Source: Candidatus Heimdallarchaeota archaeon
Lineage (GTDB): Archaea; Asgardarchaeota; Heimdallarchaeia; Heimdallarchaeales; Heimdallarchaeaceae
DNA length: 21,353 bases
NCBI GenBank assembly: GCA_030668825.1
Contig: DAOVET010000041.1
Location: 1-21,353, forward strand
Direction of reading: 5' to 3'
Shown here: positions 1 to 8,575 of the stretch, in pieces
Layout: every line of letters starts with the position of its first letter
Numbering within the stretch: the stretch's first letter is position 1
Position numbers and translations under genes: made by a program
The notes under the pieces: generated by a model
Databases searched by the model: none
Seen by the model: only the letters and a program-made list of their open reading frames with translations
What the model was told of the DNA's origin: nothing

Positions 1-1
1 T

Positions 2-472
2 ATCCCTTTCATGAAAGAGAAAACACTGAGATATCCTGATCATATAGAAATGATGCAAGTGCTAATAGAAGTAGGATTCCTCAATACAGAGGAAATTGAT
101 GTAAAAGGAAAAAAAATCAAACCAATTGAGCTAACGGGTAAACTATTACTTGATCATTGGATGTTTGAAGAGGGAGATGAAGATCATACTATTATGAAGA
201 TAGTTATTGAAGGAATGAAAGATGACAAGAAACTACGTTATACTTATGATATGCTTGATAAGTACGATAGAGAGAAGAGTATTTTATCTATAGCAAGAAC
301 AACAGGATATACTTGTACAGCTGTAGCTCAAATTGTACTTGAAGGAAAATTTAAAGAAAAAGGAATCATTCCTCCAGAACTATTAGGAAAACATTCAGAA
401 GTCTATCACCAAGTTATTGAATACTTACGGAAGAGAAATGTGATATTTAAGGAGACTATCGAAGAACTGTAA
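2..472 (+). CDS. Saccharopine dehydrogenase / lysine 6-dehydrogenase family protein, C-terminal part (5' truncated by window edge)
   Basis: Motifs EKTLRYP(D)H, SIARTTGYTCTAVA and GIIPPELLG are typical of the saccharopine dehydrogenase C-terminal domain. The frame is open to the window start and no Rossmann N-terminus is present. Confidence 0.85.
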   Translation: MPFMKEKTLRYPDHIEMMQVLIEVGFLNTEEIDVKGKKIKPIELTGKLLLDHWMFEEGDEDHTIMKIVIEGMKDDKKLRYTYDMLDKYDREKSILSIARTTGYTCTAVAQIVLEGKFKEKGIIPPELLGKHSEVYHQVIEYLRKRNVIFKETIEEL

Positions 473-666
473 GACCAAAAAAATTTACCAGAGTGGTTGA
501 TACATTAGACAATTAGGTTATAACTACTCTTCTTTTTGAAGGTTTGAACTTGGAAAAGAAGAAGAAGCGATGAAATATTATAAAAAATAATTTGAGTTTC
601 TTTGTTTATTGAAAATGACAAGTTAAGTTTAAATAAAAATTAGGTTAAAACTTGTTGTGAATAAAT

Positions 667-1200
667 ATGGTGGAAGAAAAGAAATCTAAGTTTTTCTTTT
701 TTGGATATATCCAAAGGTGTCCGTTTTATAAACCTATACCTATACTAATTGTTTTGTTTCTAATAGCTCTTGGCACCTGGGGGTCATATTATCTCAATTT
801 ATGGGCAGCTGTTGCTTATTCAGTATATTCTCTTTTGTTTTACTTTGTGCTAATGCCATTTACAATGTGTGAACATTGTTATTTCAGAATTATTAAATCT
901 TCAACAGATGAAGAGACAGGGAAGACTACAAAGAAACTGATGTCTGTAGATGTATGGGGTAAAACGCTTCTACATAAGCATGTAGGTCAAAAGAATTGGT
1001 CATGGGCAGTGTTCTTGGTATGGTTTGTACCTGTGGTTCTAACTATCATTGGCATTGTTTTAAATTACTCAATATATGGTTTAATACCTCTAATACCTCT
1101 AATCAGTTTTATAGCTACAGTGGTGGGAAATTTCTTCTATATGTTGAAGATAAAATGTCCAGAATGTCCTATCAGAGAGTACTGCCATTCAGCTTTTTAA
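667..1200 (+). CDS. Hypothetical 4-TM membrane protein with Cys motifs (CxxC, CxxCx5C)
   Basis: 177-aa ORF with two hydrophobic helix pairs and motifs RCPFY, MCEHCYF and KCPECPIREYCH. A TTTAAATA box lies at about 628-635 upstream. Confidence 0.75.
   Translation: MVEEKKSKFFFFGYIQRCPFYKPIPILIVLFLIALGTWGSYYLNLWAAVAYSVYSLLFYFVLMPFTMCEHCYFRIIKSSTDEETGKTTKKLMSVDVWGKTLLHKHVGQKNWSWAVFLVWFVPVVLTIIGIVLNYSIYGLIPLIPLISFIATVVGNFFYMLKIKCPECPIREYCHSAF
1082..1103 (+). repeat. In-frame 9-bp tandem duplication (TAATACCTC x2 + TAAT) encoding LIPLIPLI
   Basis: The repeat is directly visible in the sequence. Confidence 0.7.
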
Positions 1201-1255
1201 GATTAAAATTAGTGAAAAAATAAGCAAAAAAAGACACATAGAGTGTGAAAAAACA

Positions 1256-2074
1256 ATGACAGAATATAAAGAAAAAGAAGATTCAAATTTTGGAATGAAT
1301 AAAGATCTTCCTAATTCCAATGCTATTGAAGTAATGGATTTGAAGAAACATTTTATTGGGAAAAGAAAGATGGAAGACGTTAAGGCGGTTGATGGAATAT
1401 CGTTTCAGGTAAAGAATGGTGAAGTCTTCGGACTTTTGGGGCCGAATGGAGCGGGGAAAACAACTACTATTAATATTTTAACTGGAATATACTCACCAAC
1501 TGAGGGTGTAGCGAGTGTTGGGGGTTATGACGTACAAACAGATCTTAAAAAGATTAAAGAATTGATTAGCGTTTGCCCACAAGAACCAGCCGTACATAAA
1601 TTTCTTTCAGGTCTAGGGAACATTAAGTTTTTTGGGGACATGTATTTGATGTCGAAACAACAAATAAAGGAACGTTCAGAAGAACTGCTAAAGCTATTAG
1701 GGTTATATGATGCTCGAAAGAGATTAGCAAAAAATTACAGTGGTGGAATGTTAAGACAACTCAGTTTAATCATTTCATTGATAAACGATCCTGACATTCT
1801 ATTTTTAGATGAACCTACAGTTGGAATGGATCCTCGAAACCGACGCAAAGTTTGGGAGTTTCTTGGTTCCATGAAAAAACAGGAGAGAACAATCATGTTA
1901 ACCACTCATTATATTGAAGAAGCAGAAGCGCTTTGTGATAGAGTAGCAATCATTGATTATGGTAAGTTGATAGCGTTAGGACCTCCAAAGGAATTAATTG
2001 AGGAATATGGAGTTAAAGATTTGGAAGAGGTTTTTATGAAAATTACTGGTAGAAGAATTTTGGAGGGGACGTAA
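1256..2074 (+). CDS. ABC transporter ATP-binding protein (DrrA/multidrug ABC-2 type)
   Basis: Walker A GPNGAGKTT, signature YSGGM, Walker B ILFLDEPT and H-loop TTHYIEEAE. Confidence 0.95.
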   Translation: MTEYKEKEDSNFGMNKDLPNSNAIEVMDLKKHFIGKRKMEDVKAVDGISFQVKNGEVFGLLGPNGAGKTTTINILTGIYSPTEGVASVGGYDVQTDLKKIKELISVCPQEPAVHKFLSGLGNIKFFGDMYLMSKQQIKERSEELLKLLGLYDARKRLAKNYSGGMLRQLSLIISLINDPDILFLDEPTVGMDPRNRRKVWEFLGSMKKQERTIMLTTHYIEEAEALCDRVAIIDYGKLIALGPPKELIEEYGVKDLEEVFMKITGRRILEGT

Positions 2075-2076
2075 TC

Positions 2077-2832
2077 ATGAATCTACAAAGAACTTTTTCC
2101 ATTGTTAAGTTGGAGATGCAAAGAATACTTACTGAACCACTTACTTCAATGTTCACCATGTTATTAGTTCCGGTACTTATTCTAATCTTTGGGTTAACTA
2201 TGGGTAATAACTATGGATGGCATGAAACTTACAGTATTTTCGAAATAATGGTTCCAGGAATGCTTGCATATGGTAGTTTACTATCGATATTTGATGTTGC
2301 CGCATCTGTTGCTGGTGGACGTGAGTTGGGTTTACAAAGAAGAATCAATACGACTCCATTAACCTCCGCAGAATATATATTCGGTCAACTGATATCCTAT
2401 ACAATTAAACCATTCATCCAACTAGTGCTTGGATTGGTCACTGCTATTGCTGTTGGATATCGTCCACAAAACTCAGCAGTAGGATATTTACTAGCGATTG
2501 TGTTTGTAGTGCTTCTAACCTTTTGCTCAGTAGGATTAGGATTGATCACAGCGAACTTTTCAAAAAGTGCAGGTGCAGCAGGTGGATTTGCTTTTATTTT
2601 TATCGTACCTCAACAAATATTTGCAACCTTTATTCCTGCAGAATTTATGGGTGCAGGGACATTTAAATGGATCTTTCCGAGCATCTATACTACTGAAGGA
2701 TTAGGATGGATTTTTGCTGGATGGTCTTTAACAGATCCATATTTATGGATGAGATTGGGTATCCTTTTCGCTATAAGTATTGTAATATATATTATTGGAA
2801 TATTTGTATATGAAAAAAAGAAAAATAAATGA
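2077..2832 (+). CDS. ABC-2 type transporter permease
   Basis: About six TM segments and an RELGLQRRINTTPL motif (ERExGTLxRLxxTP-like). It starts 2 nt after the ATPase stop codon. Confidence 0.9.
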   Translation: MNLQRTFSIVKLEMQRILTEPLTSMFTMLLVPVLILIFGLTMGNNYGWHETYSIFEIMVPGMLAYGSLLSIFDVAASVAGGRELGLQRRINTTPLTSAEYIFGQLISYTIKPFIQLVLGLVTAIAVGYRPQNSAVGYLLAIVFVVLLTFCSVGLGLITANFSKSAGAAGGFAFIFIVPQQIFATFIPAEFMGAGTFKWIFPSIYTTEGLGWIFAGWSLTDPYLWMRLGILFAISIVIYIIGIFVYEKKKNK

Positions 2833-2980
2833 AGCCTATTACTAGACAATGAGCGTGATTAATTTTGCCACGCTTTATGTAGATATAGTCTTTCTAGAAG
2901 AAAGTTGAGGCTAGAAAATAATCGAATACTCTTCGTAAAACCAAGAAAATGTGATTATTGTTTAATTTATGCTATTTCTG

Positions 2981-2995
2981 AATAAACCTTATATT
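2981..2995 (+). promoter_or_regulatory. Archaeal BRE/TATA promoter candidate for the LVIVD gene
   Basis: AATAAACCTTATATT lies about 55 nt upstream of ATG 3050. Confidence 0.5.
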
Positions 2996-3049
2996 AGACT
3001 ATTGTATAATAAATAGCTAGAACTTATTTTGTTCTTTGAGGAAAAAAAA

Positions 3050-5530
3050 ATGAAATTAATGAAAAAACAAATTATAATTATAGGTCTTTTACTTGTGTTT
3101 GTTTTCGCTACAAGTAGTATTACTTTAACACATGTAAATGGACTAGTTAATGATAATCCTGATTATGAACTTTCAATTACTGGATTACATAATGAGGATT
3201 TTGATTTTGAGACCTACAAGGACCCAGCCACAACAGCTTGGGGATGGGGTACAGGCGCTTTAACTAATACCAGAGATTTCTCTTGGGCATTACTAGATTT
3301 TTATAATACACCATTTCCAGCAAGAGGAATAGACGTTCAAGGAAGAAAGGTTTATGTTGTTCAATATGATGGATCAAGTCACTTCCATACTATAGGAGCT
3401 TACAGTATAAACAATCCAAGTGACATTCTTTTGTTGAGTGAAAGAGATTCATTGGACAGAACACTAGCAATTGCTGTTGATGGAGATGTTGGATATACCG
3501 GTAGAGATAGTTTAGGTCAAACATTTAATACATACAATATTAGTAGACCGTATGAATTAGATGGGTCAGGTGTATATTATGATTATATTGACAAAGATGG
3601 AACTGTCACCGATATTGATCCTGAAGGATACCTTGTCTATTATACTGTCTACAATTCTGCAAGTGATAGATCATTTCAAATTGCTAATGCTGCAAATCCT
3701 TCTAATTTGATTGAAATTAACCCTAATTGGAATTCCAATATGGCTCTAGGTTTAGAAGTTGAAGGACATTTTGCTTATATTGCTGCAAGTACTGATGGAC
3801 TTTACATCTTGAATGTTTCAAATAAATATTCACCCGTAGAAATAGGTTATTTGGGTCTTCCAGGAAATGCAACAGATGTTATACTAGATGGTAATTTTGC
3901 CTATGTTTCTTGTGGTGCAGCTGGTGTTGCTTTAGTCGATGTTAGTAATCCAACACTTCCTGTCCTAAAAGACATGTATGATACAATTGGGATCTCATCT
4001 CAAATGGTACTTCAAGGCAATACTCTATTTGTTGCAGATGGTTCTGGTGGAGTATGTGTTTTGGATGTAGCAAGTCACGATCACTTAACTTATGTAACTA
4101 AAATGCCATTACCTTATGTTTGGGATGTTGACCTATACGGAGGTATTCTAGTTGTTGCATCTGATGATGGAATACACACTTTTCGAATATGTGCTGGTCC
4201 TGGAATTACAGATTTCTCCCAATCTTATTACGTAAATGCTTTCACTGGGCTTCAAGCTTGGGATGTAAGAGTTTTAGGTGATATAGCTTATGTAGCTGGG
4301 GGACCTGATGGTTTCTATACACTTGATGTTAGTGATCCTAATAATCCAATTCTGCTTGATCATGTAACTCCTGTTGGAGGTAATTTCCGAAAACTTGATG
4401 TTGAAGGAACCTTTGCTCATCTTATAGCAGATGGTGCTTATTACATCTATAATATTCAGGATCCTGCAAATATAAAGCAAGAAGGATATATTAGTGGTAA
4501 TCAACTATTAGATGTATTTGTAGCTGGAGATTTAGTATATATTTCCTGGCAACAAGGTGGATATGTTGTCCTTAATGTAACTCATCCAAACTTACTAAGT
4601 ACACCTCATGTGCTTCATGAACCACATTTTGGTACAAATATAACCGCACTTTGGGTACAAGGACCACATGTTTATCTAGTGGATGGATCAGAATTATTTG
4701 AGCCAACCGTATCTGTCTATCAAACTTTAGACCTAACCAATCAGGTACTCGCTGATAATATTAATTCCTGGGGTCGTTACTATGATATCAAGGTTGACGG
4801 TGATATTGCATATACTTCAGATAGAGATTGGTTAGTCCTCTACAATGTCACAGATCCTTATGGCATCTGGTGGATTAATGATGTTTTCGTAAATGCACAA
4901 TATCTTCATTCATATGGAGTTTGGAATTTTGGTCCTTACGTAATGAATGCTGCTGGCTCTCAAGGAGTTCATCTAGTTGATACAACTGATTTCGGAAATT
5001 ATCAAGCAACTAACTATGCTGACGCTACTGGAGCTCTACAAGTTTCAAGTTATGGGGACTATACTTATGTAGCTAATATGTCCTCATTAGTTATTCTTCG
5101 ACACTTTGAAAGTGCAGGAGATACTTACATACCTGGAACAGTGATGGCTCAATCAACAAAAGTCAGTACAGCAATAGGTGTTGAAATAACTGATGCTATA
5201 CTTTCCGCAGATGTTCTTGATCTTCTGTCAAGTTCTTATGAATTCTTGCTTTCAGCAGATGGTGGTCTTCACTGGGAAGCAGTGATTCCAGATGTATCGC
5301 ATGTTTTCGCTTTTCCTGGAGATGATTTGCGATGGAGAGTAGAATTAACAGGTTTAAGTGATAGAAGTGATCACATTTACTCTATTCACATAAACTACAA
5401 CTATGATACAGTACCTGTAGTACCTGAATTTGCAAATCAAATTGCATCAATTGGTTTTGCTCTACTATTCATCTCAATTTTTGTGGCAACTATTAGTATT
5501 TTCAGGAAGAAGAAACAATTGAAAAAATAA
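3050..5530 (+). CDS. LVIVD-repeat (beta-propeller) cell-surface protein with signal peptide and C-terminal VPEF-TM-basic sorting tail
   Basis: Repeated units such as FAYIAASTDGLYILNVSN, FAYVSCGAAGVALVDVSNP and IAYVAGGPDGFYTLDVSDP. It has an N-terminal hydrophobic signal and ends in VPEF...IGFALLFISIFVATISIFRKKK. ATG 3050 follows GAGG (the ORF track starts at TTG 3029). Confidence 0.88.
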   Translation: MKLMKKQIIIIGLLLVFVFATSSITLTHVNGLVNDNPDYELSITGLHNEDFDFETYKDPATTAWGWGTGALTNTRDFSWALLDFYNTPFPARGIDVQGRKVYVVQYDGSSHFHTIGAYSINNPSDILLLSERDSLDRTLAIAVDGDVGYTGRDSLGQTFNTYNISRPYELDGSGVYYDYIDKDGTVTDIDPEGYLVYYTVYNSASDRSFQIANAANPSNLIEINPNWNSNMALGLEVEGHFAYIAASTDGLYILNVSNKYSPVEIGYLGLPGNATDVILDGNFAYVSCGAAGVALVDVSNPTLPVLKDMYDTIGISSQMVLQGNTLFVADGSGGVCVLDVASHDHLTYVTKMPLPYVWDVDLYGGILVVASDDGIHTFRICAGPGITDFSQSYYVNAFTGLQAWDVRVLGDIAYVAGGPDGFYTLDVSDPNNPILLDHVTPVGGNFRKLDVEGTFAHLIADGAYYIYNIQDPANIKQEGYISGNQLLDVFVAGDLVYISWQQGGYVVLNVTHPNLLSTPHVLHEPHFGTNITALWVQGPHVYLVDGSELFEPTVSVYQTLDLTNQVLADNINSWGRYYDIKVDGDIAYTSDRDWLVLYNVTDPYGIWWINDVFVNAQYLHSYGVWNFGPYVMNAAGSQGVHLVDTTDFGNYQATNYADATGALQVSSYGDYTYVANMSSLVILRHFESAGDTYIPGTVMAQSTKVSTAIGVEITDAILSADVLDLLSSSYEFLLSADGGLHWEAVIPDVSHVFAFPGDDLRWRVELTGLSDRSDHIYSIHINYNYDTVPVVPEFANQIASIGFALLFISIFVATISIFRKKKQLKK

Positions 5531-5538
5531 TTTGCATT

Positions 5539-5575
5539 GAAAGGACACTTATGTCCTTTCTTTTCTTTATTTTTC
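5539..5575 (+). terminator. Hairpin + oligo-T terminator
   Basis: Perfect 9-bp stem GAAAGGACA-ctta-TGTCCTTTC followed by TTTTCTTTATTTTT. Confidence 0.75.
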
Positions 5576-5607
5576 TAAACTCTCTCCATTGATTTTATTG
5601 ATTTTTC

Positions 5608-5907
5608 ATGTTCTTTAAAAAACACAATGAGAACGAGTTTAGTCATCTTTATCATTTGTTAAAATGTAGTTGTAGAGTGAAAGTTGGAGAAAAAGTGGAA
5701 ACAGGTCAAGAGATAGCCAAAATAGGTTTTTCTGGTTCTGCTACAACTTATTCACATTTGCATTAACAGTTAATGGATGGTAGAGACTTTTTAACTGACA
5801 ACCCTTTACATTTCAAATTTTCTAATGTGAAAATTGCTCTGGGACAACAGGAAATAATGTACAATGAGGTTGTTTTAGATACAGGGGATATTATTCTGCA
5901 TTACTAA
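5608..5907 (+). pseudogene. M23-family metallopeptidase remnant (5' truncated, internal stop)
   Basis: Frame +1 reads MFFKKHNENEFSHLYHLLKCSCRVKVGEKVETGQEIAKIGFSGSATTYSHLH*QLMDGRDFLTDNPLHFKF. This matches the M23 C-terminal pattern YxHL...VxVGxxVxxGQxIxxxGxSG...HLH(F). A TAA at 5764-5766 interrupts it and the HxxxD half is absent. Confidence 0.8.
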
Positions 5908-6064
5908 AAGTTTAAGAAAAAAAGAAGTGTGCTTTTTTACCGAAATCTATTTTTAACCCCATATATTGCCAAATAAGGCTAGAATCACACTTACTTCATA
6001 TCAGTATCAAAACAGTTTCACGATAAGCTAGAGCTAATTCTTATATATTTTGAACCGAAAATAA

Positions 6065-6099
6065 GAGTCTATTGTAAATTTCTATGTTACAATAGAGTC
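6065..6099. promoter_or_regulatory. Inverted repeat (operator or 5' UTR hairpin) upstream of secreted protein gene
   Basis: Perfect 10-bp arms TCTATTGTAA (6068-6077) and TTACAATAGA (6087-6096) with a 9-nt spacer. It lies downstream of the TATA-like CTTATATA at 6040-6047. Confidence 0.6.
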
Positions 6100-6116
6100 G
6101 AGAATTGGTGAAAAAA

Positions 6117-6614
6117 ATGAAAACAAGAAAGATAGTAGTATTTTTTGGAATGCTATTTCTGTTGTGCTTTTTGATCTCCGGAACAACAATGACTCAAGCA
6201 AAACAAGACAGAACTGTGATAAATTTTGACTATGAAATGTGGGTTTCAGGATTCCCTGAACGAGATTGGCTCACTAATGGTGGAATCTATCAAGCCAGAA
6301 ACACTCCTCATTTAGGTATTGTGACTTATAGTGAATCAGATCTTTCTGGTAATTTCTACTATTGTGGAAATGTAATGCTCAACGTAGTAACTCATGACGG
6401 TGTAGGAGGAGGATATTTCGATTTTAACGGACTCTACGGTGAAGGAAATGCTGTTGGTTTTGTTGGAAAAATGCATTTCAAAATTAAAGGTGGTTATTTA
6501 ACTGGAATCTTTAATTGCTTTGGCACTGGTGCTTGGGAAGGTCAGCTAATCAAAGGTACATTAGAAGGTGTGCTTGGCGGACCTTATATCGCGCAACTAA
6601 TAATCTGGAACTAA
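6117..6614 (+). CDS. Hypothetical secreted Gly/aromatic-rich beta protein
   Basis: Signal peptide MKTRKIVVFFGMLFLLCFLISG...TQA, a GGTGA RBS before ATG 6117, and an oligo-T tract after the stop. Confidence 0.75.
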   Translation: MKTRKIVVFFGMLFLLCFLISGTTMTQAKQDRTVINFDYEMWVSGFPERDWLTNGGIYQARNTPHLGIVTYSESDLSGNFYYCGNVMLNVVTHDGVGGGYFDFNGLYGEGNAVGFVGKMHFKIKGGYLTGIFNCFGTGAWEGQLIKGTLEGVLGGPYIAQLIIWN

Positions 6615-6645
6615 TTCTTTTTTTCCTTTTTTTTTGATTTTTTTA
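6615..6645 (+). terminator. Oligo-T archaeal terminator
   Basis: TTCTTTTTTTCCTTTTTTTTTGATTTTTTT directly follows the stop codon. Confidence 0.6.
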
Positions 6646-6673
6646 ATTTAACCTCGCAATAGCACCATTTATT

Positions 6674-6743
6674 GTGAATTAATACCCATAATTCGAAAAA
6701 CTTAAATAGATTCAATCTTACAGAATATTGAGTAATAATTCAT
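6674..6743 (+). promoter_or_regulatory. BRE-TATA promoter flanked by two copies of a TGARTnnnnAYYCA palindrome
   Basis: CGAAAAA-CTTAAATA at 6694-6708, TGAATTAATACCCA at 6675-6688 and TGAGTAATAATTCA at 6729-6742. Confidence 0.65.
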
Positions 6744-6747
6744 AAAG

Positions 6748-7071
6748 GTGAAAAAAACGACATATAGATATAGACAGTATGGTTATGGAAGAGGACCAGC
6801 TGGAGGCTACGGTAGAGGTAGAAGATGGGCAAGTCCCAATTGTGACTGGTATCCAGATCGTCCTCGTGGCTGGTGGGCAATGCCAGGTTATAGTTCACAG
6901 TTTCTAGATCCTACTATTACTCCCCCACCTGAGGGAGCTATTTATGATACTTTTGGAAGATCAACTAATCCGGATGCCTTAGACTATGAAATTTCTATGA
7001 TAGAAAAAACTATCAAGGATTTACAAAAGGAAATAGTCAAGCTTAAGTCAATAAAAAAATCTCGAGATTAA
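6748..7071 (+). CDS. DUF5320-like small protein (Gly/Arg-rich N-terminus, C-terminal coiled coil)
   Basis: GYGRGPAGGYGRGRRW, a Pro-rich middle and the heptad tail LDYEISMIEKTIKDLQKEIVKL. It neighbours DUF134, as is common for this family. The start codon is uncertain (GTG 6748 or ACG 6757). Confidence 0.65.
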   Translation: MKKTTYRYRQYGYGRGPAGGYGRGRRWASPNCDWYPDRPRGWWAMPGYSSQFLDPTITPPPEGAIYDTFGRSTNPDALDYEISMIEKTIKDLQKEIVKLKSIKKSRD

Positions 7072-7134
7072 TCATAACAAGCAATATTCTTTTATTTCCT
7101 TTTTTTTACTTATCTTAAAGTGAAGGTTAGTTCA

Positions 7135-7494
7135 ATGACAAATTCAGATAATCCTCCTGATGGAGACAATTTTTTTCCTAGAAAAAGATTATATGGACAA
7201 GTAAGGGGATATGGAAGAGGAATGGGTAGGGGGAGAGGAAGAGGACGACCACCAGTAGCTTATCCAATAGATATCCCGCGTGGAGTTCCAAGAACCCAAG
7301 GAGTAATAACTTTAACAAGTTTTGAATTAAAACTATTACAATTATCTGACATCAAAGAGCTGACACAACAACAAATAGCAGAGCAGTTAGATATTTCACA
7401 AACCTCAGTTTGGCGTTATTTAAAAGCCGTAAGAGCAAAAATAGCTGAAGCTATTAGTCAACATAACCAGATAGAAATCTGGATTGTTGAATAA
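7135..7494 (+). CDS. DUF134 (UPF0251) helix-turn-helix DNA-binding protein with RG-rich N-terminus
   Basis: GRGRGRGRPP followed by LTSFELKLLQLSDIKELTQQQIAEQLDISQTSVWRYLKAVRAKIAEAI matches the DUF134 pattern. The start may be GTG 7120 or ATG 7135. Confidence 0.8.
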   Translation: MTNSDNPPDGDNFFPRKRLYGQVRGYGRGMGRGRGRGRPPVAYPIDIPRGVPRTQGVITLTSFELKLLQLSDIKELTQQQIAEQLDISQTSVWRYLKAVRAKIAEAISQHNQIEIWIVE

Positions 7495-7511
7495 TTTTGG
7501 TTTGAAGATTA

Positions 7512-8492
7512 TTAGCGAAGAGTCTTTGTAGTTTCATTTTTCTTACTCTTTTCTTTTGTTATTTCCCAAAAACGTTTTTTGTTATAGATTCTAAGTTCTA
7601 AAAGCCCCTTATTTTCCATTTTCTTAAGAATTTGTAAAACTTGTTCTTCAGAAAAATCAGGAAAAAGAGAAAATACTTGCTCTTCTCTTAATGGATGTCT
7701 TTGAGTAATATCCAGTATTTTTGTTTCAGGATCAGCTTCTGAATCTACACTTTCAATTAATATTTCATCATAATGAGAAATACTTTCAGCCCCTAGAATT
7801 TTCCTGGCTGCAATTAACCGATCTTGTGTTGGCATTTTAACCCATTTCTCTGCTGGAGGACGAATTGGAATGTTAATGAATGTTTTATCAACTTCTAGAA
7901 AATCAATAAGTTTCTTGATTCCCTTAAGTGTCTCCGAAGAATCATTTAAATCTTTAACTAACATTACTTCCATCCAAATTTGATTCCTATATTCCTCTCT
8001 AAAAGTTTTCATCCCTTGTATGATCTTATTAAGTTCAAGTTCTTTGTGTGGTCTATTTATTACTCGAAACATGTTAGCTTCAAAAACATCTAAGGTTGGC
8101 ATAACTACATTAGCTTCAAGAAGATCAGCTCTAACTCCCTTTTGATACAGAAGTGCCCCATTTGTGATTATTGCTACAGGTTTTGTAGATAATTTCTTAA
8201 TTGCTGATATTAGCTTCCCTAGTTTTTTGTACAACGTTGGTTCCCCATCTCCAACTATAGTAATATAATCAATGTCTATGTTTTGTTTAAGAGCTTCCTT
8301 AAGCTCATCAACTATTTCTTCTACTGGGTAAAACTCTTCTCTTTTATTTGTAAAATTAGTTGTTCTTCCTAACTGGCAGTAGATACAAGAAAAATTGCAT
8401 GTTTTGGGTGGAATAGGACTGACACCTAGAGAACGGCCTAACCTTCTAGATGGAACAGGACCAAATAAATACTTGAAGTTTTTTTTGTCCAT
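7512..8492 (-). CDS. Radical SAM protein, COG0731 (TYW1-related) family, with probable C-terminal winged-helix-like extension
   Basis: Family signature FGPVPSRRLGRSLG, CxxxCxxC motif CNFSCIYC, GDGEPTLY and RPPAE. An AGGTGA RBS precedes the ATG. Confidence 0.9.
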   Translation of the reverse strand: MDKKNFKYLFGPVPSRRLGRSLGVSPIPPKTCNFSCIYCQLGRTTNFTNKREEFYPVEEIVDELKEALKQNIDIDYITIVGDGEPTLYKKLGKLISAIKKLSTKPVAIITNGALLYQKGVRADLLEANVVMPTLDVFEANMFRVINRPHKELELNKIIQGMKTFREEYRNQIWMEVMLVKDLNDSSETLKGIKKLIDFLEVDKTFINIPIRPPAEKWVKMPTQDRLIAARKILGAESISHYDEILIESVDSEADPETKILDITQRHPLREEQVFSLFPDFSEEQVLQILKKMENKGLLELRIYNKKRFWEITKEKSKKNETTKTLR

Positions 8493-8575
8493 TTTTTCAC
8501 CTATCTCTTCTCAGGTATGACTGGTTTTTTTTCACAATTACATCTGACTAAAGTTTAGGAATTAATTTATTCTGA

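Noticed and set aside
996-1223. 75-aa alternative-frame ORF
   Set aside because: It overlaps the better-supported 667-1200 gene and has no motif.
2851-2878. AGCGTG/CACGCT inverted repeat after the permease gene
   Set aside because: Only a 6-bp stem, so it may be a terminator hairpin but support is weak.
4274-4504. Antisense ORF inside the LVIVD gene
   Set aside because: Shadow ORF of a well-supported gene.
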